A stretch of DNA of 21,433 bases, from positions 1 through 21,433 of the forward strand of contig JAZQAZ010000004.1 in assembly GCA_045545475.1 (NCBI GenBank). Direction: 5' to 3'. A program made the translations under genes and the position numbers. Below the pieces are notes generated by a model. The model did not search any database, was not told where the DNA came from, and saw nothing but the letters and a program-made list of their open reading frames with translations. Source of the DNA: Clostridia bacterium (GTDB taxonomy: Bacteria > Bacillota > Clostridia > CAKSNL01 > HGM11501). Positions 1 through 9,749 of the stretch are shown here, in pieces (position 1 is the stretch's first letter; every line of letters starts with the position of its first letter).

Positions 1-82
1 AAAACGCAGTCATACTGGCGTATGTCTGCGTTTTTTTGCGCACTATCAGCGGAAAATAACAAGCCAAAACCGGCTTCTCCCT

Positions 83-116
83 AAGAAGTACCGCCGAAAC
101 GGCGGTACTTCTTTTT
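83..116. terminator. Intrinsic terminator, probably bidirectional
   Basis: AAGAAGTACCGCCG-AAA-CGGCGGTACTTCTT hairpin with T-run, next to the stop of ORF 118..753. Confidence 0.75.
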
Positions 117-117
117 C

Positions 118-753
118 TCATACAAGGTTGTTATCTGCCAAAAAGTCGCTGACCAGTTTATCCAGGCTTCTTCGATAACAGTCACGAATCGGATTATTCT
201 TCTTTCCTACAGCTTTATCGAATAAAACTGCTGCGATACACTCAAAACGATGCAGAGTTGCTTTAGCAGCATCTCTGTCTGTTTTGTACAGCTCTAAAGA
301 AATCGCGCCTAATTTTACGCAAAAACCGTCGGAAAGGCTTTCATCATCGGGTTTCAGATAAACACTTATGACTTTTTCATCATCGTTGTACACCAAACAC
401 AGCACAGGCGTATAAGATTTAACTCCCTCTATCAGATCTTTCTCTTTTTCATAGCTGCATTCATTTTCAAACCATTCCTGATACATCTCTTCCATTTTGT
501 CACCTAAGAAATGCTCTTCCGATAATTTCTCCTCCAAAACACTATCGATAAGCATTATGGCTCTATTTGTCAGCTTTTTTCTCATGTCTATGTCTTCTAC
601 ACACATATCAAGGACAGTGTAAATTACCTTAGCACAGCCATAGGCCATGTTATCAACCAGCTCATCAATATCTTCTTTTTCTTCTTTAGTAACAACCGGA
701 CTTTCCCCAATAAATTCAAGGACATCCTTATTTGCTTTAACACTGAATTCCAT
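118..753 (-). CDS. Hypothetical acidic protein (211 aa)
   Basis: Open ORF with AAAGGGG SD before ATG and a terminator after the stop; no family recognised. Confidence 0.75.
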   Translation of the reverse strand: MEFSVKANKDVLEFIGESPVVTKEEKEDIDELVDNMAYGCAKVIYTVLDMCVEDIDMRKKLTNRAIMLIDSVLEEKLSEEHFLGDKMEEMYQEWFENECSYEKEKDLIEGVKSYTPVLCLVYNDDEKVISVYLKPDDESLSDGFCVKLGAISLELYKTDRDAAKATLHRFECIAAVLFDKAVGKKNNPIRDCYRRSLDKLVSDFLADNNLV

Positions 754-928
754 AATTAAAACCCCTTTCTTCAGTCTTCATTTTTACCTATAACTAATAT
801 ATCGCTGCTTTTGATTGCCATAAAACGTCTTAATATAATTATACCATCCTTAAATAGAAAAACAAGTATTTTTATTCTTTCGTACTGTCTCTTTTGTCGA
901 AAGCTGTAAAATTCCAAACGGCTCCTTT

Positions 929-1022
929 CCGATGCGATTCGACTTTCGCATTGCTTTCGCAATGCAAAAGCTTCGGAAAAAATGTCCTGCGGACTTTTTT
1001 TCCTACGACAAGTTCGAATCGC
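929..1022. repeat. tRNA-derived repeat element: inverted T-arm copy, hairpins, direct partial 3' copy
   Basis: 929-942 is identical to tRNA 1087-1100; 1012-1022 is the reverse complement of tRNA 1092-1102; two hairpins lie between. Confidence 0.6.
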
Positions 1023-1038
1023 TACATTGAATATTACC

Positions 1039-1078
1039 AAAAAGAGAATACCGCCCTTTTGGGACGGCATTCTCTTTT
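1039..1078 (-). terminator. Terminator downstream of tRNA-Arg
   Basis: Minus strand AAAAGAGAATGCCGTCCC-AAAA-GGGCGGTATTCTCTTTT hairpin. Confidence 0.75.
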
Positions 1079-1155
1079 TGGTATGCCCGATGCGATTCGA
1101 ACGCACGGCACATAGCGTCGGAGGCTATTGCTCTATCCAACTGAGCTACGGGCAC
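1079..1155 (-). tRNA. tRNA-Arg(CCG)
   Basis: Reverse complement GTGCCCGTAGCTCAGTTGGATAGAGC-ATAGC CT CCG AC GCTAT-...GTTCGAATC...GGGCATACCA; cloverleaf with encoded CCA. Confidence 0.95.
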
Positions 1156-1212
1156 ATATATAAGTAATTGCAGCAAAGGCTATATTACCACAATTACTTT
1201 GATTTGTAAACA

Positions 1213-1974
1213 TTATTTTGTCGCATTGTAAAAAATTTCTCTGCCGTCGGAAAGCAGAATTCTGTATGTGGGGGTTGCCGTCGCTTCGGCAAATCTGCTG
1301 TCCACATTATCCACTCTGTACCCTATATTTACCGAAGATACAGAGCAATTGGCAATTCCCTCCTGAATTAGTCTTGGTAAAACCGCCGTGGCATGACGTA
1401 TATCCGTTTTTGTTTCAGAATCTTCAATAACATAGAAAAAGCTTCCGTATGCTTTGGTTTTATTTCCCTCGCTCTTTACGGAAATACGGCTACCGTATAT
1501 TTCATGTCCCTCGTATACGCTTTTAATTACAAACTCTCCCCTATGCTCGGCCTTAACCGTATCTTTAAGGTCAAAACCCAAAGAAGTGAGCCATTTCGCC
1601 GCTTCCTCGGCACTTTTTACTTTGATGTCGCTTTCTATAGTAAAGGTATTTTTATTGATTTCAACGGAGCACTCACTGTTGTAGAAAACATTTTCTTCCT
1701 TTTCATACTTTCTGCCCAAAATTCCGCCAACAAACTCCGCTTCCGATGCCATTATATTCCTTACGGATATTCCGTTAACACTCGGAATTTCTTCATCAAT
1801 GATGCCTTCGGGAATTTTTATACCTCGCTTTTCCAGAAGCAGTGCCGTATCCCTTATGGTGTTTTCATCCACCACATTAGCCTCGTGACGGAGCGTAATA
1901 TTCCATATTACCAGAAAAATATCAATTGCCAAAAACAAGAATATGAGCACTGTTTTTATTTTTTTCCAGTTCAT
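1213..1974 (-). CDS. yycI: YycI (WalI)-like two-component system regulatory protein
   Basis: N-terminus MNWKKIKTVLIFLFLAIDIFL is typical of YycI; ~250 aa; C-terminal TPTYRI; last gene of the walRK cluster. Confidence 0.75.
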   Translation of the reverse strand: MNWKKIKTVLIFLFLAIDIFLVIWNITLRHEANVVDENTIRDTALLLEKRGIKIPEGIIDEEIPSVNGISVRNIMASEAEFVGGILGRKYEKEENVFYNSECSVEINKNTFTIESDIKVKSAEEAAKWLTSLGFDLKDTVKAEHRGEFVIKSVYEGHEIYGSRISVKSEGNKTKAYGSFFYVIEDSETKTDIRHATAVLPRLIQEGIANCSVSSVNIGYRVDNVDSRFAEATATPTYRILLSDGREIFYNATK

Positions 1975-1995
1975 ATAAAGCTCCTTTCACAAAAA

Positions 1996-3441
1996 TCACT
2001 GATATATTACCGTCTGCTTTCCCTCAACATATCCTACCCAGCACGGTGCCAGGGCTTTGCTTTCGCCATCTTCCATGTACGCCGGGAATAAATCCTCAAC
2101 TTTTACAGGTTCTTCTGCATCCTCATAATTTGCCGCAATTTTATCAATTGCCCCGTAAATATTAATGAATTCTCTTTCTCTTCCCGTCTCTGAATAGCTT
2201 CTTAAAAGCATGCGGAACTTGGTTACATACCCGCCTGAAACTGTCATTTCCACCGCATGCTTCATTTCTTCTTCACCCGCTTTGATTATGGTTGCAACCT
2301 GAGTGCCGTCGTAATAGTAATCAAATAAAAACTCCATTTCGCCGGCAGATTTAAAGCGTATATCCCTTGATACGTTCATAGGAAATTCTCCATCGGGAGA
2401 CGATGCAAAATACACTCCCCCCGCAAAGCGGATTGCACTGTTAAGAGATTCATAAAGAGAGGTTCCGCCTGATAGCAAAATTCCGTGTTCCCTTGATGTT
2501 GCCTCATATTCAATAAGTCCGTTTTTATGAATTTTAAGCGAAGAATCGTTTTCAAGATAAACAACAGTTCCTTCGCTGTCCACATAACGGTAAAGCGAAT
2601 CGGGGTTATATGAAAAGCACTTTATAACCTCTGCCGGAATACCTTCTTCCAACAAATTAATGCTTTTTATCTCCGCCTTGTCACTGTCGGCTGTTGATGC
2701 CGAGTCAAGCACCAAAAATGAATCCAGAAGTGTTTTCATCTTAACCGCATCGGAAGGCGATGATATATCCATATTCATCTGCAGTGCCATAACACAGTAA
2801 TTCTCGGGCGGAACGTCCTCAGTATATCCTATGAATTTTTCAATAAGTCCCGATGTTTTTTCATAATTAAGTTCATAACGCATAACATTTTCCGTGTCAC
2901 TGTCTATTGCCAGAAGCTCCAAACTTTCATCACCCGTGGGCAGAATAAAAAAGTCCCTCACCAGCGAAAGCCCCGAAAAAGCTTCAGAATCTGCAACACC
3001 CATAAGTTGTCCGAAAAAGCTTCCGGGCATGGCAACCGAATAGTTTACATAGGTATACATTATTTGTTCATTCAAAAGCTCTCTCACGTTTTCCTTTGTC
3101 AAAAGCGTGGTGGCTTTAATTTCCACCTCTCCGTTCATAAATGCAGTGATAAGGATTTCAATATCGGAGTAAACATCGTTATATATGCGGTCTCCGTTGT
3201 AGAAAACGGCACTGGAACCGGAACCGTCCGCAATTACTATTTTTCTCGCCTTGCTCAAGTTTTCCATGGGCATCGAATAGCTTTTTTCAAAGAAGTTTCT
3301 TATTATCGGCCATTCTTTTACATTAACAAAAAGGCTATAGCCATCCGGCCATAACCTTTCATCAATCCATGTTATTGAAGTAAGCCCTATACTAAGAAGT
3401 ATGAGCAACACGAGAACGAAACTTTTGATACGTTCCTTCAT
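1996..3441 (-). CDS. yycH: YycH (WalH)-like regulatory protein
   Basis: N-terminus MKERIKSFVLVLLILLSIGLTSITW fits the YycH anchor pattern; 481 aa; C-terminal LAPCW; lies between walK and yycI. Confidence 0.7.
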   Translation of the reverse strand: MKERIKSFVLVLLILLSIGLTSITWIDERLWPDGYSLFVNVKEWPIIRNFFEKSYSMPMENLSKARKIVIADGSGSSAVFYNGDRIYNDVYSDIEILITAFMNGEVEIKATTLLTKENVRELLNEQIMYTYVNYSVAMPGSFFGQLMGVADSEAFSGLSLVRDFFILPTGDESLELLAIDSDTENVMRYELNYEKTSGLIEKFIGYTEDVPPENYCVMALQMNMDISSPSDAVKMKTLLDSFLVLDSASTADSDKAEIKSINLLEEGIPAEVIKCFSYNPDSLYRYVDSEGTVVYLENDSSLKIHKNGLIEYEATSREHGILLSGGTSLYESLNSAIRFAGGVYFASSPDGEFPMNVSRDIRFKSAGEMEFLFDYYYDGTQVATIIKAGEEEMKHAVEMTVSGGYVTKFRMLLRSYSETGREREFINIYGAIDKIAANYEDAEEPVKVEDLFPAYMEDGESKALAPCWVGYVEGKQTVIYQ

Positions 3442-3456
3442 TTTACTTCTCCCTAA

Positions 3457-3915
3457 TTATTTTATCCATCCGTTTATAAGGCTTTTTATGCTGTTATACC
3501 ACCCAAGAGATACAAGGTTTATTTTGAAAAATACCCTTTGTACTTTCAGGTTGTCGGCAGTTACTGCCTGAACAGCCAAATTGTTGTCACCGGATGAAAG
3601 CTGTACATTAAAGCAGAAAAGTCCGCTTGCTCCGACGGTTGTCTGTAAAACCTTGCCTTCCGCATCCTTCTTTGGATAGTAAAGACCATCTTCGCTGTTG
3701 TATGTAAGCACAGTTACGGTACATCCGGGGTTTGCAACACCCGAAACGGGATAAACACTCTTATTACTCTGGGACTGAGCATTTTCCGGCTTTTTAATAA
3801 CCAGAATGTTTGCCGCATTTCCCACGTCCTTATAAGTTACTCCTGCTGCAAGGCTCAATGCCGACATGGATAAAAACATGAGAATGACAAGTAAAACAGC
3901 TATTAATTTTTTCAT
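3457..3915 (-). CDS. Small exported protein, beta-rich (possibly Ig-like)
   Basis: Start moved to ATG 3915 because of GGAGG SD spacing; signal peptide MKKLIAVLLVILMFLSMSALSLAA; VSGVANPG..VTV and L..GDN motifs suggest an Ig-like fold. Confidence 0.75.
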   Translation of the reverse strand: MKKLIAVLLVILMFLSMSALSLAAGVTYKDVGNAANILVIKKPENAQSQSNKSVYPVSGVANPGCTVTVLTYNSEDGLYYPKKDAEGKVLQTTVGASGLFCFNVQLSSGDNNLAVQAVTADNLKVQRVFFKINLVSLGWYNSIKSLINGWIK

Positions 3916-3947
3916 AATCGGCACCTCCTCCAGTTTTTTCTGTAGTT

Positions 3948-3991
3948 ATTATAACACACCAATGTTACAGGAGTATTACATCGGAATTACT
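3948..3991 (-). promoter_or_regulatory. WalR-type direct-repeat box with extended -10 (internal promoter)
   Basis: Minus strand AGTAAT-N5-TGTAAT-N5-TGTAAC then TGTTATAAT; matches WalR consensus TGTWAH-N5-TGTWAH. Confidence 0.7.
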
Positions 3992-4015
3992 TTTGAATAA
4001 CATATTGAAAGTATT

Positions 4016-5767
4016 TTATGCCAGAAAAGGAAGAATTATAGTCACCGTAGTTCCCCTTCCCTCATGGCTCTCCAGATTTATGGTTCCGCCGTGGGCATCC
4101 ACAATTTCCTTGGCGATTGCAAGTCCCAGCCCTGTTCCGCCCATGGCACGGCTTCTTGCCTTATCAACACGGTAAAATCTTTCAAATATACGTTCCTGAT
4201 CCTCTTTCGGGATTCCTATACCGTTATCCTTTACCCTGATATAAGCCTTTTCTTCATCGCGGCGAAGACCAACCTCAATCTTCCCGCCGTCCTTTGTATA
4301 CTTTATGGCATTACCCACGATATTTACTATTACCTGCTCTATTCTGTCTTTATCAATAAGAATAGAGCCCACATTTTCGTCAATGTCCCTTTCAATCGTC
4401 TGCCTGTGTTCGTTTGCTTCAATGGCAAGTCTGTCGCATACTGATGTGACAAGGCCCGGCAAATCAACAGGCAATTTTTGCATTTCCCTGTTATTATCAA
4501 GCTTTGAAAGGGCAAGCAAGTCTCTTATAAGCCTTGTCATTCTGTCTGTTTCATCATTTATAACTCCCAGCATATGGGCTTGTGTTTCGTCACCCGAACC
4601 CATATCCATAAGGGTTTCAGTGTAGCTTTTCACCACGGTTATGGGGGTTCTGAGTTCGTGGGATACGTTGGCAACAAACTCACGTCTTGCATCGTCCAGC
4701 TTCTGCTGACGAGTGTAGTCATGGAACACCGCAACCACACCGTCCACCTTTCCGTTTTTCTGAAGCGGTGCAAGATAGACTCTCAGATGCTTTTCTCCCA
4801 GGCTTATGCTTCTCTCAAAGGGTTCTGTTGCAAGATAAAGAAACTGCCCCATATTAATATCCGTCCCGAGAAATTCAAAGAAGGAGTCAAAGTCTCCGAT
4901 TTCCTCTTCCTTGATATCAAGAAGTTTTGTTACGGCCGGATTTATGTGGATGAGATTTCCTTCCGAATTAAACGCCATAACGCCGTCGGTCATGTATAAA
5001 AGAACCGTTTCCACCTTGTTTTTCTCAGCTTCAAGACGTATCATACTTGTCTCAAGAGCTTCGGACATGTAGTTAAAGTCCTTGGTAAGCCGGCCGATTT
5101 CGTCGTCATTATTTACCTTTATTTTGCCCGTGAAATTCCCCTCTGCCAACTGAGATGCGGATTTCTGAAGTCTCTTAAGCGGCTTTATAAGCGTAATTGA
5201 AAGAACGAAACCCAGGAAAACAGAAAGGAAAATTCCGATTAAGAGTGCAAGAAAAATATTTGTCAAAATACTTTTCATGACCTCATACATTTCCACTTTG
5301 GTATCTGTGACATATATAATGTATTCCACATCGCTGCCCTTCATCATGGGAACGGCATAGTCCATTATTTCTCCATGCTCGTTTATATCTCCGCCCACTT
5401 CGCCGTTAAGTGCCGCAAGGACGTTTCCCGTAATTTCATAGTCAGCATCCAAAGCTCTTCCCGAAAGCGAGAAAAGACATCTGGCATCATACCCCGAAAG
5501 AATATAAAGTTCGCGGTAGGAATCGATACCTATTCTGACAGAAAACTTACCCAAAAGGTCACAAAGTTCTGAAAAAGAGCTTTCTGCAGCCGTATTAAGC
5601 TGTTTCGTCATACTCTCCGTAAATACGCTTTCTTCCATATCAAAAGCAAACTGCTCATGATAATAGTGCTTGACTCCTCTTGCCGAGAACACGGCAACAA
5701 AGGTCATTACTATTACAGTAAGAATAATAAACAGAGCGAGTATTTTCCACTGTATACTTTTGAACAT
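4016..5767 (-). CDS. walK: WalK/YycG-like sensor histidine kinase (2 TM, HAMP, PAS, HisKA, HATPase)
   Basis: H-box FVANVSHELRTP, N-box NAIKY, G1 DNGIGIP, F-box FERFYRVDKARSR, G2 GGTGLGL; next to yycH/yycI-like genes. Confidence 0.85.
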   Translation of the reverse strand: MFKSIQWKILALFIILTVIVMTFVAVFSARGVKHYYHEQFAFDMEESVFTESMTKQLNTAAESSFSELCDLLGKFSVRIGIDSYRELYILSGYDARCLFSLSGRALDADYEITGNVLAALNGEVGGDINEHGEIMDYAVPMMKGSDVEYIIYVTDTKVEMYEVMKSILTNIFLALLIGIFLSVFLGFVLSITLIKPLKRLQKSASQLAEGNFTGKIKVNNDDEIGRLTKDFNYMSEALETSMIRLEAEKNKVETVLLYMTDGVMAFNSEGNLIHINPAVTKLLDIKEEEIGDFDSFFEFLGTDINMGQFLYLATEPFERSISLGEKHLRVYLAPLQKNGKVDGVVAVFHDYTRQQKLDDARREFVANVSHELRTPITVVKSYTETLMDMGSGDETQAHMLGVINDETDRMTRLIRDLLALSKLDNNREMQKLPVDLPGLVTSVCDRLAIEANEHRQTIERDIDENVGSILIDKDRIEQVIVNIVGNAIKYTKDGGKIEVGLRRDEEKAYIRVKDNGIGIPKEDQERIFERFYRVDKARSRAMGGTGLGLAIAKEIVDAHGGTINLESHEGRGTTVTIILPFLA

Positions 5768-5769
5768 AA

Positions 5770-6471
5770 TTATTCTTCCTTTGAGAAGTAATATCCAACG
5801 CCGCGGCGTGTCATGATATAGCGAGGTTCACCGGGATCGTCCTCAATTTTTTCACGAAGACGCCTTACCGTAACGTCAACTGTTCGCATGTCTCCGTAAT
5901 ATTCATATCCCCATACCTTTTCAAGAAGGGTTTCTCTTGAAAAAATGCGGTTTGGTGATTCTGCCAGATATTTTACAAGCTCAAATTCACGAAGAGTAAG
6001 TTCTATCACCTTTCCCCTCTTCCGTAATTCATAGCTTGCCGTATTTATGGTGATTTCTCCGATTTTTATTGTGTTCTCTTCCGTATCCGGAACATTTTCC
6101 TTTGAAACCGTACGCCTTAAATTAGCCTTTACTCTGGCCATAAGCTCTCTTATTGAGAAGGGTTTTGTGACATAGTCATCCGCACCCAGCTCAAGGCCTA
6201 AAATTTTGTCAATTTCCTCAGTTCTTGCAGTGAGCATTACAATCGGAACTTCGCTTTCACGGCGGATTTTTTTGCAAACCTCAAATCCGTCCATCTTAGG
6301 CAGCATCACGTCAAGCAGCACAAGGTCAGGATTAAGGGAAAGTGCAAGGCGTGCACCCTCTTCGCCGTCCATGGCAACCGCAACGGCATAGCCTTCTCTT
6401 TCCAGATTGATTTTTAAAATATCGCCTATTGCCGCCTCGTCGTCAACCACCAGAATTTTCTTTTTATCCAT
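5770..6471 (-). CDS. walR: WalR/YycF-like OmpR-family response regulator
   Basis: Receiver LLDVMLP and GADDYVTKPFS; winged helix WGYEYYGDMRTVDVTVRRLREKIED...TRRGVGYY typical of YycF. Confidence 0.88.
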   Translation of the reverse strand: MDKKKILVVDDEAAIGDILKINLEREGYAVAVAMDGEEGARLALSLNPDLVLLDVMLPKMDGFEVCKKIRRESEVPIVMLTARTEEIDKILGLELGADDYVTKPFSIRELMARVKANLRRTVSKENVPDTEENTIKIGEITINTASYELRKRGKVIELTLREFELVKYLAESPNRIFSRETLLEKVWGYEYYGDMRTVDVTVRRLREKIEDDPGEPRYIMTRRGVGYYFSKEE

Positions 6472-6491
6472 ATGTAACCCTCCTTCAGGGA

Positions 6492-7130
6492 TTAATAGCC
6501 TAAATTCTCATTTACTATAATTACCTTAACTCTGTCTTTTATTCTCTGATGAGCCATAACCGTATAGTTTGCACAAATTCTGTCGTTGCTCTCGCAACCT
6601 GCACATAACTTTTCTCCGTCCGTTCCGACGCACAAACCTTTTTCGCTGCAATATGTCTTCATGGAAAGTCTCTTTGCATTTTGAGGTGCTGCAACGGTTT
6701 TAACTCTCTTTTCCGCAGCTTTTAAATTTTCAACAATTTTATTTTTACCCGCTACAACTATTACAGACTTAGGGCCGAAAAGCATTGCGGAAACACGGTT
6801 GGAATTTCCGTCCACGTTATAAAGCTCGCCCTCTTCGGTTATAGCATTACTGCTGGCAAAATATGCATCGGCAAAAAAGCATTTTCTGAAAATTTCTGTT
6901 ATTTCTTCCCTGGTAAGGCCTTCTTTGTATCTGTCAAGGAAATTATAGTCGCCGTTTCTGAGTAAATCTAAAACTCCGGCTTCGTTCAACGTAACGGAGC
7001 CGCCTACGCCAACGGTATCTCCCTTTGAAATAAGGCCCTTTATTATATCAAGAGCTTCTTCCTTTGTTTCAGCAAAGTATGCCATCATGTTGTTTTTTCT
7101 TAAATTTTCCAGTGTTTTTTCTATATTCAT
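6492..7130 (-). CDS. LUD-domain (lactate utilization-like) protein
   Basis: GGSVTL, SSNAITEEGELYNVDGNSNRV, GKNKIV motifs and C-terminal Cys cluster. Confidence 0.8.
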   Translation of the reverse strand: MNIEKTLENLRKNNMMAYFAETKEEALDIIKGLISKGDTVGVGGSVTLNEAGVLDLLRNGDYNFLDRYKEGLTREEITEIFRKCFFADAYFASSNAITEEGELYNVDGNSNRVSAMLFGPKSVIVVAGKNKIVENLKAAEKRVKTVAAPQNAKRLSMKTYCSEKGLCVGTDGEKLCAGCESNDRICANYTVMAHQRIKDRVKVIIVNENLGY

Positions 7131-7897
7131 AATTTACCTCCAAATGCATCGGATACAATTTTTTCTATGGAATATTCTCCTTCTCCGACGTTTTTTCCCA
7201 AATATAAAAGATATTCAATGTTTCCGTTTTGCCCCGTTATAGGCGACGGTGTCAGTCCCTTTACGAAAAATCCGACACTTTTTGCAAATTCCGTTATGTC
7301 GGAAAGCACCTTTATGTGTGCCTTTTTATCCTTTACCACACCTTTTTTACCCACAAAGCTTCGGCCCGCTTCAAACTGAGGTTTCACAAGGCATACGCCT
7401 TCGGCTTCATTTTTAGACAATCTGTAAAGATGATAAAGAATCTGCGTAAGAGATATAAATGAAACATCCGCCGTGAAAAAGTCAGCACTTTCGGAAAGGC
7501 TCAATCCCCTTATATCGGTTTTTTCAAGATTTACAACTCTTTCATCTTTTTTAAGTCTTTCTGCCAGCTGGTCGGACCCCACGTCCACAGCGTAAACTTT
7601 AGTCGCTCCATTAATGAGAAGCTGCTCGGTAAAGCCACCGGTAGATGCCCCGGCATCTATACAGATTTTTCCTTTAACATCAAGGGGAAAAACGTCAAAG
7701 GCCTTGATAAGCTTTTTCGCTCCTCGTCCCACAAAGTTTTCTTCTTCCGTTACGGTAATCGTCTGGTTTTCCACAGAAAAGCTTGCCTTTTCGCAAACCT
7801 TGCCGTCAACCAAAACCTTTCCGCCCGCAATCAGCTCTTTGGCCTGCTCCCTGCTTCTTGCAAGGGATGATTTGACCATGTATAAATCAAGCCTCAT
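7127..7897 (-). CDS. tlyA: TlyA-family rRNA methyltransferase (S4 + FtsJ-like)
   Basis: Starts MRLD; DAGASTGGFT, DVSFISL, VKPQFEAG, SPITGQNGNIEYL motifs; directly after dxs. Confidence 0.93.
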   Translation of the reverse strand: MRLDLYMVKSSLARSREQAKELIAGGKVLVDGKVCEKASFSVENQTITVTEEENFVGRGAKKLIKAFDVFPLDVKGKICIDAGASTGGFTEQLLINGATKVYAVDVGSDQLAERLKKDERVVNLEKTDIRGLSLSESADFFTADVSFISLTQILYHLYRLSKNEAEGVCLVKPQFEAGRSFVGKKGVVKDKKAHIKVLSDITEFAKSVGFFVKGLTPSPITGQNGNIEYLLYLGKNVGEGEYSIEKIVSDAFGGKL

Positions 7898-9749
7898 TTT
7901 TTGCACCCGCTTCTTCCATGATGGCTTTTTTAATACCTTCTTCATCCATGCCGTATTTAGCCAGTATATCCCCGGTCTTTCCATGCTCTATAAAAGCGTT
8001 GGGGAAAGCTTTTATGCTGCCTTTCGCCCTGAGACGGGAAAATATTCCTTCGCCCATGCCGCCACGCTCAACATTTGCTTCCACAGTCAAAAGCTTTCCT
8101 GTTTTGGAAACGGACTTTTCGATGGTTTCAAAATCGGTGGGATACACAGTGGAAAGCTTTAACACTTCCACGCTCACACCTTCTTTTTCAGCTTCAAGTG
8201 CAGCAAAAAGCACATCCTTAAGCATCATTCCTTCGCAGGCAACGGTTATATCCTCTCCCTCTTTAACCACGTTAGCCTTTCCGAATGTAAAGTCGGAAAA
8301 TCCCGTTTCTCTGTCAGCTCCCTTGGGATAGCGTATTGCTATAGGCCCGTTATACTCTTCAGTTGCAAAGCGGAGCATTTCTGAAAGTTCGGCAAAAGAT
8401 GATGGAGAAAGCACTGCCATACCGGGAATATTTCCGAGATACGATAAATCGTATATACCCTGATGAGTTTTTCCGTCAGTACCGGGAAGGCCCGACCTGT
8501 CAAGGCAGAACACAACGTGAAGCTTGTTTATTGCCACATCATGCCATATTTCATCATAAGCTCTCTGGAGAAAAGTTGAATAGGTGCACACCACTGGTAC
8601 GAGATTTCCCCTGGAAAGTCCTGCAGCAAAGGTAACCGCATGCTCCTCCGCAATTCCGCAATCGTAAAATCTATCGGGAAAGCTTTCGGCAAAACCGGAA
8701 AGGCCGCAGCCTTTGGTCATGGCCGGAGATATAACCGAAATACGCTCGTTTTTCATTGCCAGCAGGCATAAATCCATGCCAAGAGCACTTGAAAAATCTG
8801 ATTTTATGCTGTGAGTTATTCCCTTGTCTACCTCAAAATCGGACACACCGTGAAATTTAGAAGGCTCTCCCTCTGCATGAGCGTATCCTTTTCCTTTTAC
8901 GGTTTTTACATGGAGCAGGACCGGCCCTTCTATATTTTTTGCATTGTTTATATAATATTCAAGCTGTTTTAAGTCATGTCCGTCCACGGGGCCAAGATAT
9001 TTTATTCCCAGACTTTCTGCAAAAACGGAAGGAACAATCGCAAATTTAAGTCCGTCCTTTAAGTGCTTAAGTCCTCTTTCCAGAAAAGAACCAACACCCT
9101 TTAAAAGCCCCAGAACATCTTTAACTTCGGCCTTGGCTTTATTGTACCCCTTACTCGCCCTGACCTTTGTAAGAAGATTTGACATCGCCCCTACATTTTT
9201 CGATATTGACATTCCGTTATCGTTAAGAATAATCAAAATATTTTTCTTAGTATTTCCTATATTGTTAATGGCCTCATAACAAAGGCCGCCTGTAAAAGCA
9301 CCGTCGCCTATCAATGCAACGGCAGTGCCGCTTTCTCCTTTTTGCATTTTAGCCGTTGCAATACCGTCGGCCAGAGAAATGCTTGTACCGGAATGGCCTG
9401 TATCAAAAAGATCTGTTACGCTTTCCTCATATCTGGGAAAGCCTGACATTCCGCCTGTTTTACGCAATGATTCAAAGCCTTTCATTCTTCCGGTTAAAAT
9501 TTTATGGACGTAGCACTGATGTCCCACATCGAAAATGAGCCTGTCATCATTATTAAAATCAAAACACCTATGAAGCATAACCGTAAGCTCCACAACTCCA
9601 AGATTTGATGCAAGGTGGCCCCCGGTTTTTGATACGCCGTCAATCAAAAAGTCCCTGATTTCGGAAGAAAGCATAGTAAGCCCCTCAAAATCAAGGTCCT
9701 TTAAGTCATTATGTGTTAAATTTTCATTTAGAATTTTTCTTTTTCCCAT
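7887..9749 (-). CDS. dxs: 1-deoxy-D-xylulose-5-phosphate synthase
   Basis: GGHLASNLGVVEL, DVGHQCYVHK, GDGA..N TPP motif, GIAEEHAV, DGKTHQG; start at 9749 is approximate. Confidence 0.95.
   Translation of the reverse strand: MGKRKILNENLTHNDLKDLDFEGLTMLSSEIRDFLIDGVSKTGGHLASNLGVVELTVMLHRCFDFNNDDRLIFDVGHQCYVHKILTGRMKGFESLRKTGGMSGFPRYEESVTDLFDTGHSGTSISLADGIATAKMQKGESGTAVALIGDGAFTGGLCYEAINNIGNTKKNILIILNDNGMSISKNVGAMSNLLTKVRASKGYNKAKAEVKDVLGLLKGVGSFLERGLKHLKDGLKFAIVPSVFAESLGIKYLGPVDGHDLKQLEYYINNAKNIEGPVLLHVKTVKGKGYAHAEGEPSKFHGVSDFEVDKGITHSIKSDFSSALGMDLCLLAMKNERISVISPAMTKGCGLSGFAESFPDRFYDCGIAEEHAVTFAAGLSRGNLVPVVCTYSTFLQRAYDEIWHDVAINKLHVVFCLDRSGLPGTDGKTHQGIYDLSYLGNIPGMAVLSPSSFAELSEMLRFATEEYNGPIAIRYPKGADRETGFSDFTFGKANVVKEGEDITVACEGMMLKDVLFAALEAEKEGVSVEVLKLSTVYPTDFETIEKSVSKTGKLLTVEANVERGGMGEGIFSRLRAKGSIKAFPNAFIEHGKTGDILAKYGMDEEGIKKAIMEEAGAKNEA

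Noticed and set aside
771-1167. Short ORFs 771..1106, 894..1115 and 982..1167
   Set aside because: They overlap tRNA-Arg, its terminator and repeats, and have no protein-like features.
1393-2091. 232-aa plus-strand ORF
   Set aside because: It is antisense to the yycI-like gene, with a composition typical of a shadow ORF.
7898-7984. N-terminal extensions in the ORF track for tlyA (likewise dxs 9750-9854, nrdG 17107-17157, toxin 16260-16322)
   Set aside because: They overlap upstream genes or promoter regions; family N-termini and SD positions favour the downstream starts.
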